Shown here: positions 38,036 through 44,656 of the stretch, one piece after another
Layout of the letters: each line of letters starts with the position of its first letter
Position numbering within the stretch: position 1 is the first letter of the stretch
Source: an uncultured Alphaproteobacteria bacterium
Lineage (GTDB): Bacteria > Pseudomonadota > Alphaproteobacteria > Methylaequorales > Methylaequoraceae
Length of the DNA stretch: 64,000 nt
Direction of reading: 5' to 3'
NCBI GenBank assembly: GCA_902526865.1
Contig: CABZMK010000001.1
Span: forward strand, 45,768-109,767
Notes under the pieces: model-generated
Database searches by the model: none
What the model was told of the DNA's origin: nothing
What the model saw: only the letters and a program-made list of their open reading frames with translations
Position numbers and translations under genes: made by a program

Positions 38036-38641
38036 TTAAATATTTTCTTTTTTTAAAATTTCTCTAAAAAATTTTATTTTGGCTTTTTCATCTCGTTTGT
38101 TGTAGCTATTTTTAATAACTATTTTTCGTTGTCTTAAATCATTCCAATAAGTATAGACTTTTTTAAGATAGTTCTTCTTTCTTTTTGGAATTGATGAATG
38201 ATATCTTGAAACTGCTTCGTTCCATGATTTATATTTTTTATAAAGTTTAAGCAGATAAATTGCCGCATATTTAACGTTTTCTTCAGGCTCGACTAAATGA
38301 GACAAATCTTTAAAATTTTTTAAATGATATTTTGTGTTAATTTGCATGCAACCCACATCGATACTTTTTTTTAAATCTATATTACTTTTTAAATATTCTA
38401 TCGTTTCCGACTTATTATCAAAGTACATTGATTTGCCTGAAACATTGAGTGTCCATGGCCATGACTTAAATTCACTTTTTTTGATGCCTGACTCTACAAG
38501 TGCAATAGAAGTTAACAATTTATTAGGAAGATTATAAATTTTTCCATACTTTTCAGTTAAGTAATTACAATTATCTAATTCTTTTGATTCAAGAAATGTA
38601 AATGTTAAGAAGCATAATAAAACAGCTAAAAATAATTTCAT
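38036..38641 (-). CDS. Lytic transglycosylase (SLT-domain, secreted)
   Basis: 201 aa; signal peptide; SLT catalytic region (ALVESGIKK...WPWTLNVSG...GCMQIN). Confidence 0.7.
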   Translation of the reverse strand: MKLFLAVLLCFLTFTFLESKELDNCNYLTEKYGKIYNLPNKLLTSIALVESGIKKSEFKSWPWTLNVSGKSMYFDNKSETIEYLKSNIDLKKSIDVGCMQINTKYHLKNFKDLSHLVEPEENVKYAAIYLLKLYKKYKSWNEAVSRYHSSIPKRKKNYLKKVYTYWNDLRQRKIVIKNSYNKRDEKAKIKFFREILKKENI

Positions 38642-38677
38642 AACTGTTATTCAGCAATTTGAGTGCCAAACTTTAGT

Positions 38678-40057
38678 TTATTTTTTAATTATTGAGCTAC
38701 TCAGTAGATCGCGTCCTACTGAAATAAAATCGTACGGGTTTACCGATTTACCATTCACTTTTATTTCATAATGAAGATGTGCGCCTACAGCTCTTCCTGT
38801 TGATCCCATTTTTCCAATTACTTCTCCCTCTGTGACACTCATTCCTTTTTTTACGTTCAATCTATGAAGATGTCCATACAATGTAGACACACCATGTTTA
38901 TGGACTATTTTAATTGTTTTACCAAAAGACCCATTTCTTCCTGAAAAAGAAACATATCCGTCAGCTGGTGCCCTGACCTCTTCTTGCCAAGTGCCAGCCA
39001 TATCAATTCCATGATGCATTTGCTTTCTTTTGCTTTTAGGATGAATTCTAAAGCCATAAGGACTAGACACATAGTAATATTGCATAGGTGGTTTTAAAGG
39101 TACGTAAATAATTGCATCTTTAAGATCTTGCAAAATTTGAAACCTGAGTGAAGTATGGTCCAACAAATCCTCGTTATCCTCGCTTACATTTATATTTTCA
39201 GCAAGCAAATTGTTTATCCTATGAATATCAAGTTTATCTGGATGAAGTTTCAATTGTTCAAAAACACTTAAAAGTTGGAAAATTTCAGTATCAATTTTCT
39301 TAGTAAAATTAATTATTTTCAGTTTTTTTGTTCTTGGAGCAACAAACGGTATCACAGGTAGCTTCCTATATGCAAATGATTCTATTTTGTCTTTGGAGGG
39401 TTTTGTTAAATCAGTCTTGTTCTTAAAGGCATGTTCAATTGCAACCATTTCCGGACTAGCAAGTTTGGAAAATTGTTCAAATTTGATTTCATCTGAATAA
39501 TTCACGTCATTAGGGAAACTAAGCTTTATGTTTCGCATCATACTTTTTAAATTTAATAATTTGTCCCTTAATTGATTTTGTAATTCATTTTGAATATTAT
39601 TGGTGTCAGTAAATTCGTCTTGTTGTTTTATTACTATTTCTGCTTTTTCAGAGTTAATTTCATGCTCGGATATATTTTTACCTTTTGCAATACTTTTTAA
39701 TGCTCTAATTTCCGATTCTGTAAAACTTTGTTCATTAATAATTGTATTTTTGTAGACCATGTAAGAAAAAAAAGACGAAACACCAACAAATAAAAGTTGA
39801 AGTATCTTGAAGATTAAAACAAGAAAAATGGCAACAGCTGACAGATAGTGTTTGATATTAAATACAACTTCTATAGGGCCTTTTTTCGTAAAATAAAGAA
39901 ATCTTCTTTCTTTGAGAATAAGTCTAAGGTTTTTTGAAAAAACACTTAAGTTTTTCGAAAAAATACTTGTTTCTCCAAACCTAGTACTTGATTTTAGATT
40001 TTTTAAAATGTCAGATTTGAACACACTTATGGAATTTTTTTTTGATAAATTTTCCAT
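38678..40057 (-). CDS. M23-family metallopeptidase (LytM-like) with N-terminal TM and long coiled/linker region
   Basis: 459 aa; C-terminal M23 motifs (HHGIDMAG, HLHYEI). Confidence 0.75.
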   Translation of the reverse strand: MENLSKKNSISVFKSDILKNLKSSTRFGETSIFSKNLSVFSKNLRLILKERRFLYFTKKGPIEVVFNIKHYLSAVAIFLVLIFKILQLLFVGVSSFFSYMVYKNTIINEQSFTESEIRALKSIAKGKNISEHEINSEKAEIVIKQQDEFTDTNNIQNELQNQLRDKLLNLKSMMRNIKLSFPNDVNYSDEIKFEQFSKLASPEMVAIEHAFKNKTDLTKPSKDKIESFAYRKLPVIPFVAPRTKKLKIINFTKKIDTEIFQLLSVFEQLKLHPDKLDIHRINNLLAENINVSEDNEDLLDHTSLRFQILQDLKDAIIYVPLKPPMQYYYVSSPYGFRIHPKSKRKQMHHGIDMAGTWQEEVRAPADGYVSFSGRNGSFGKTIKIVHKHGVSTLYGHLHRLNVKKGMSVTEGEVIGKMGSTGRAVGAHLHYEIKVNGKSVNPYDFISVGRDLLSSSIIKK

Positions 40058-40061
40058 TAAA

Positions 40062-40604
40062 TTATTTTAGGTATAGAACAACTACCAACATCATGTTGGT
40101 TAATAGTTGCATTAACATAATTAGCAACATAAGTTTCCATGAAATTGGATTACTAACATTTAAGCTAAACTGAGGGAATGGTTGTTTTTCGTCAAACTTT
40201 ACCGATTGTTTTTTTTCATCAACAACTCTATCATTTTGGTAACTATCATAGGTTTTATAATTTTGCTTTGCTTCAAAGTTCCTTCGTTTTTCAAATTCTA
40301 TTTTTTCAGTAATATCCGGTTCTTCAACTTCTTTTCGTTTAAGGTTTTGTACTTCAGAATCTACTGCTAATTTTTCTTTACTATCAAATCTAATATTTTC
40401 TTTATTGGTTGCTTCAGGTTTGTTTTTATCTATTTTTTTTTCTAAATTTTCTACATTAATGTTCGCAGCCTTATCGCTTGATACAGATTCAACGCTTTTT
40501 TTTTCAACTTTTATCTCTGTAGAAGAAACTTTAGAAGCCGGAACAGTCATCTGATTTCTCATTTTTTCTATTCTATCTCTTATATCAATTACTGGTTCGG
40601 TCAT
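40062..40604 (-). CDS. Hypothetical tail-anchored charged protein (180 aa), first gene of the sigma54-driven PG-hydrolase operon
   Basis: K/E-rich, C-terminal TM (LMLLIMLMQLLTNMMLVVVLYL). Confidence 0.4.
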   Translation of the reverse strand: MTEPVIDIRDRIEKMRNQMTVPASKVSSTEIKVEKKSVESVSSDKAANINVENLEKKIDKNKPEATNKENIRFDSKEKLAVDSEVQNLKRKEVEEPDITEKIEFEKRRNFEAKQNYKTYDSYQNDRVVDEKKQSVKFDEKQPFPQFSLNVSNPISWKLMLLIMLMQLLTNMMLVVVLYLK

Positions 40605-40645
40605 ATAGAGTTAACTTACAATAAAATTTGTTAAAAGTAAATTTA

Positions 40646-40661
40646 TGCATTTAGTAAGCCA
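40646..40661 (-). promoter_or_regulatory. Sigma54 promoter (minus strand TGGCTT-N5-ATGCA) for the orf180-M23-SLT operon
   Basis: GG-N10-GC on the minus strand, about 40 bp upstream of the orf180 start. Confidence 0.5.
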
Positions 40662-40724
40662 AAATATAAATAATAAAACTTTTTTTTTAATTTTTTTTAT
40701 GATAAGCATAAAATTAATACAAAT

Positions 40725-40740
40725 TGGCAAAATTATTGCA
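40725..40740 (+). promoter_or_regulatory. Sigma54 promoter TGGCAA-N5-TTGCA for the bactofilin operon
   Basis: GG-N10-GC, near-consensus; 12 bp upstream of the first bactofilin ATG. Confidence 0.55.
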
Positions 40741-40751
40741 AAAATAGAAAT

Positions 40752-41174
40752 ATGTTTTCTAGAAATCCAGATAAAACTGTAAAAAAAACCTCAACTTCTT
40801 CTAGTGTAATTGGTACCGAAATGCAAATTAATGGTAATATAAAGTGTAGTGGAAAATTAGTGCTTAAAGGAATTGTTAAAGGTAATATTGAATGTGAACA
40901 TGTTCATATTTCTGCTGAAGGAAATCAAAAAGGTAATATAAAAGCTTTCGAATGTATAATTGGAGGTAACTTTGAAGGAGATGTTACTGCTGAATCACTC
41001 TCAATCGAATCTGCAGCCAACATAAAAGGAAATATGTATTACAATAGTTTAAGTGCAAGACCTGGGGCTAATTTAGAGATTCAGCTTTTCCGTGGATTAG
41101 ATAAAAGAATTGAAGATAAAAGTTCAGAAAAAGAAAAAAAAAAGAAACAAACAAAAAAATCTAAGGGTATCTAA
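40752..41174 (+). CDS. Bactofilin (DUF583/CcmA) paralog 1 with Lys-rich C-terminal tail
   Basis: 140 aa; repeated beta-helical G-x-V/I-x-G pattern (GKLVLKGIVKGNIECEHVHISAEGNQKGNIKA...). Confidence 0.75.
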   Translation: MFSRNPDKTVKKTSTSSSVIGTEMQINGNIKCSGKLVLKGIVKGNIECEHVHISAEGNQKGNIKAFECIIGGNFEGDVTAESLSIESAANIKGNMYYNSLSARPGANLEIQLFRGLDKRIEDKSSEKEKKKKQTKKSKGI

Positions 41175-41176
41175 TA

Positions 41177-41530
41177 ATGGCAGATAATCAATCAATTATA
41201 GGAAGAGGAGCAATATTTAAGGGTAAAATTTCTAATGCATCAACTATAGAAATTAATGGAAGAGTCGAAGCAGATATTAAATCTGACAAGGTAACACTTG
41301 GAAAACATGCTTCACTTGAAGGTTCAATAATCTCTGAGTTAGTTGTAATCTCTGGAAATTATCAAGGTAAAATTAAAGCTGATTCTGTTTGGCTCACAGA
41401 TTCTTCTGTTATTACTGGAGAAATTAATTACAAATCACTTCAGATGGACAGAGGAGCGGCGCTTAACTGTAAGATCATCCACAATTGGGATGAAAATAAG
41501 TTAAAAAATAATAAACAGATCGAGGATTAA
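41177..41530 (+). CDS. Bactofilin paralog 2
   Basis: 117 aa; bactofilin beta-helix repeats (IGRGAIFKGKISNASTIEINGRVEADIKSDKVTLGKHASLEGSI). Confidence 0.8.
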   Translation: MADNQSIIGRGAIFKGKISNASTIEINGRVEADIKSDKVTLGKHASLEGSIISELVVISGNYQGKIKADSVWLTDSSVITGEINYKSLQMDRGAALNCKIIHNWDENKLKNNKQIED

Positions 41531-41532
41531 AC

Positions 41533-41850
41533 ATGAGTGATATCACTTACATTAACAAAAATCTTCTAATGGAAGGGCAATTAGAATCGAAAGATGGTCA
41601 AGTTGTTATAGCGGGAAATTTTAAAGGTAATATCGTTGCTAAATTCGTAATTATTGAACCTACTGCGTTATTTAATGGAAACATAAATGCGGAACACCTA
41701 AAAGTAGAGGGTAAAGTTGACGGAGATATTACAGCTGACCTTTTGGAAGTAGGTAACAGTGGGGTAATTGACGGTAAATTAAAAACAAATTCACTTTCGG
41801 TCGATACTGGAGCTCAAATTTCAGGTAATGTTGGTAGAATTTCTAGTTAG
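41533..41850 (+). CDS. Bactofilin paralog 3
   Basis: 105 aa; bactofilin repeats (VVIAGNFKGNIVAKFVIIEPTALFNGNINAEHLKVEGKVDGDITAD). Confidence 0.8.
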   Translation: MSDITYINKNLLMEGQLESKDGQVVIAGNFKGNIVAKFVIIEPTALFNGNINAEHLKVEGKVDGDITADLLEVGNSGVIDGKLKTNSLSVDTGAQISGNVGRISS

Positions 41851-42093
41851 TTCAAACTTTTTTTGAGTATCGATACAATTTTTAAAAAAATTAAGCGTCT
41901 CTTTTTCACCATCTAGCTTTTCAAGGTTAATTGAAGCAAATCTACCAGCAGCAAGTGAAACAGCCCATAAATCATGCTCATTGATTGCATAGTTAGTCAA
42001 AATTCTTTCAATTTCGTCTCTAATTTCAACCATTTTTTTTTTCTTTTTATTTAATAAATTTGGAAATTTAATTATGTTTTTCGTATCGTGCAT
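41821..42093 (-). CDS. Hypothetical 90-aa protein, uncertain
   Basis: ORF only; overlaps the bactofilin-3 3' end by 30 nt. Confidence 0.25.
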   Translation of the reverse strand: MHDTKNIIKFPNLLNKKKKKMVEIRDEIERILTNYAINEHDLWAVSLAAGRFASINLEKLDGEKETLNFFKNCIDTQKKFELTRNSTNIT

Positions 42094-42179
42094 GAATAAA
42101 TTAACGACAATATCTCAAAAATTTTAATAAATTAATGATTTATTTTAAGTTATGATTTAAAAATAAAGTAAATTTAACT

Positions 42180-42563
42180 ATGAAAAAGAAACAACAGAAT
42201 TTACCAGCCAAAACTAAACAAAACGAAGTTATAACTGTTAATCAAGAAAAAACCAAAACACTTGATATAACTAACAAACTTCATCATTTTAAAAATAGAT
42301 CTGAAGTCAGAAAATTTCTTCCAGATATACTTGGAAGAGTTCTAGCAAGAATTTGGATAGATTCGAAATTTAAAGAAGAGTTTGAGCAAGATCCTCAGAA
42401 AACCCTGGAATTTAACGGTGTATATCTTCCGGAAGATATGTCAATAGAATTTCAAAAGCCTAACTCTGATAGACCAAGAATTGTTGTGTATGAACAAAGA
42501 CCAAACTCCAAGTTTAGACTTAGAGTTTTATATCTGCAGTTGATAATGATGGCGGGAAGGTGA
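42180..42563 (+). CDS. NHLP (nitrile hydratase leader peptide)-like domain protein
   Basis: LARIWIDSKFKEEFEQDPQKTLEFNGVYLPEDMSIEF aligns with the NHLP/NHase-alpha N-terminal family pattern (AKAWxDxxFKxxLLxNPKxxLxExGxxLPE); no GG cleavage motif or obvious core. Confidence 0.45.
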   Translation: MKKKQQNLPAKTKQNEVITVNQEKTKTLDITNKLHHFKNRSEVRKFLPDILGRVLARIWIDSKFKEEFEQDPQKTLEFNGVYLPEDMSIEFQKPNSDRPRIVVYEQRPNSKFRLRVLYLQLIMMAGR

Positions 42564-43210
42564 AACAATTTATTTTAATTTCATTAGCTTTCATGCTCAT
42601 TAAGCAATTTTCTTTAGCAGAAACATCAACATCAGATTATAAATATCTAAATGATATGGACTACTATAATAGTGGGGTCGATCTCTATGAAAAGGGTGAG
42701 TTTAAAAAATCGTTTATTGTTTTTTTTAATCTTTCTGAAAAAGGGAATAAAAACGCAATATTTAATTTATCAAATATGTATTTTGAGGGTATCGGAACTG
42801 CTCAAGACTATAGTAATTCACTCAAGTATACTTGGCTTTGTTCATTAAACGGAAATAAAAAATGCTTAAATAAAATAAAATCAATAAAAGATAAACTAGA
42901 AGAAGACGAGTTTTTAAAAATTTCCACAACTATCCCTGAAATTCTTGAAAATGGGTATGTTAACGATAACAACCCAATATCAGCCTTTCAGTTGGGTTAT
43001 TGGTATGAAAAAATTTCTCCAGAAATTGATTTTGAAAAATCATATTTATGGTATTCTGTATCTGTAAGCTCAGGGCTTTATAAGGCTATGAAAATGAGAG
43101 ATAGAGTTGGTAAGTTAATTGAAAAAAAAAAAATAACTGAAATTCAACTTCAGGCTAACGAAATACTTACAAAAAATAAATATTTTAATTCAAAGAAGGA
43201 TGTGGAATGA
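42560..43210 (+). CDS. Secreted Sel1/TPR-like repeat protein
   Basis: 216 aa; signal peptide; Sel1-like repeats (AIFNLSNMYFEGIGTAQDYSNSLKYT; AFQLGYWYEKISPEIDFEKSYLWY); GTG start overlapping the upstream stop. Confidence 0.5.
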   Translation: MKQFILISLAFMLIKQFSLAETSTSDYKYLNDMDYYNSGVDLYEKGEFKKSFIVFFNLSEKGNKNAIFNLSNMYFEGIGTAQDYSNSLKYTWLCSLNGNKKCLNKIKSIKDKLEEDEFLKISTTIPEILENGYVNDNNPISAFQLGYWYEKISPEIDFEKSYLWYSVSVSSGLYKAMKMRDRVGKLIEKKKITEIQLQANEILTKNKYFNSKKDVE

Positions 43211-43449
43211 TTTTTAAAGTTCACTGGATTGTCGACGGACTAGCAGAAATAGAAGCTAAAAACAAAGAAGAGGCAGAAAAGATCTTACAAGAAGATCTAG
43301 AAGATTATGTTAAAAATTCTGATCCTCTAATGAATAAATTTGTTGCAAAGTCAATTCAAGGATCTGCATATATGCCTGGATCAGATGAAGAAACATCTAC
43401 AAAAACTAATATTGAGAATAAAGAAAAGCCTGATGAGGAAAATTCTTAG
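43207..43449 (+). CDS. Hypothetical acidic small protein (80 aa)
   Basis: ORF only; ATGA overlap with the upstream gene. Confidence 0.3.
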   Translation: MIFKVHWIVDGLAEIEAKNKEEAEKILQEDLEDYVKNSDPLMNKFVAKSIQGSAYMPGSDEETSTKTNIENKEKPDEENS

Positions 43450-43720
43450 CCTTTTTATATTATTTTGTTTTCTGACCCCCCTTTTGGTTGATTCCTTGCC
43501 AAAAACTAAGGGTAGAACCTATGCACCTGAAGAGGGAACATTCGACAGAAGGAAAAGAATTGTTATTCAACCAAAATGTAGACTGATTAGTGAGAGAAAA
43601 GTCCCTGGTGATGTTGTTTGTACTTATCAATCTCAGAAAAGAGGAGCCAAAGATAAAGAGATATACCTTGGTTCACCAGGGAACACATGTCAAAAAGAAA
43701 TAACCTGTCCTAAAAAATAA
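43433..43720 (+). CDS. Small secreted four-cysteine protein (96 aa from ATG 43433)
   Basis: Signal peptide MRKILSLFILFCFLTPLLVDSL; four Cys. The ORF-track start at 43340 overlaps the upstream gene and lacks a signal peptide. Confidence 0.4.
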   Translation: MRKILSLFILFCFLTPLLVDSLPKTKGRTYAPEEGTFDRRKRIVIQPKCRLISERKVPGDVVCTYQSQKRGAKDKEIYLGSPGNTCQKEITCPKK

Positions 43721-43837
43721 TTCCAGCGGAGTAACCGAATTAATATTAAACAAATACAATATAGATGTTGGCAATTACTTGAACCAGGACAAGATAAAGA
43801 TGTTGCAAGTAAGGTAACTGACCTTTTTCTTCTAACC

Positions 43838-44650
43838 TTGATAACATTAAATGTTTTTTCAGTAATTTTAGAAACTGTTGATTCAGTTTATGAAAGATTT
43901 GAACTTTATTTCAACTATTTCGAATATTTTTCTGTATTAATTTTTACTGTAGAATATCTACTTAGGCTGTGGTCTTGTGTTTCTAAAAAAAATGAGGAAG
44001 GAAGTGATTATAAAAAAAGAGTCAGATATATTTTTAGCTTTGGAGCTTTAATTGATGCTGTTGCGATACTTCCAAGTCTCATCGCATTGTTTTACCCATC
44101 TATTGATCTAAGATTTGTGAGAGCATTGAGGATAGTAAGGTTGTTAAAATTTTCAAGATATTCAGGTTCAATTAATAGTTTGATTTCAGTATTATGGGAT
44201 CAAAGAAGGTCCTTTGGGGCAGCATTTTTTTTATTGTTTATAGCTTTAATAATTGTATCAAGTGGAATGTACTTGGTTGAAAAGGACGTTCAACCAGAAA
44301 AATTTGGGAGCATACCACAATCCATGTGGTGGGCATTAGTTACTCTTACAACAGTTGGGTACGGAGATGTTTATCCAATTACTAATTTAGGAAAATTTTT
44401 TGGATCTATAAGTATTATTTTGGGAATCGGAACGGTTGCATTGCCGGCTGGAATCATGGCATCGGCTTTTACAGAATTCACAAGGAGGAATCAAAAAAAA
44501 TATGAAGACAAATTAAAGTTCATGCTAAAAGACGACGTTATTGATAAAGAGGAAAGAGAGGAACTTAGGTTATTATCGGAAAAACTCAATTTATCGGATA
44601 AAGACATAGGTGCAATTGAGGATGACTATAAAGCTGAAAAAAAGAAATAA
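43838..44650 (+). CDS. Potassium channel (voltage-gated-like, TVGYGD selectivity filter)
   Basis: 270 aa; charged S4-like helix RFVRALRIVRLLKFSRY; pore TTVGYGD; TTG start, and the frame stays open about 39 codons upstream without a start codon. Confidence 0.75.
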   Translation: MITLNVFSVILETVDSVYERFELYFNYFEYFSVLIFTVEYLLRLWSCVSKKNEEGSDYKKRVRYIFSFGALIDAVAILPSLIALFYPSIDLRFVRALRIVRLLKFSRYSGSINSLISVLWDQRRSFGAAFFLLFIALIIVSSGMYLVEKDVQPEKFGSIPQSMWWALVTLTTVGYGDVYPITNLGKFFGSISIILGIGTVALPAGIMASAFTEFTRRNQKKYEDKLKFMLKDDVIDKEEREELRLLSEKLNLSDKDIGAIEDDYKAEKKK

Positions 44651-44656
44651 CTCTAA

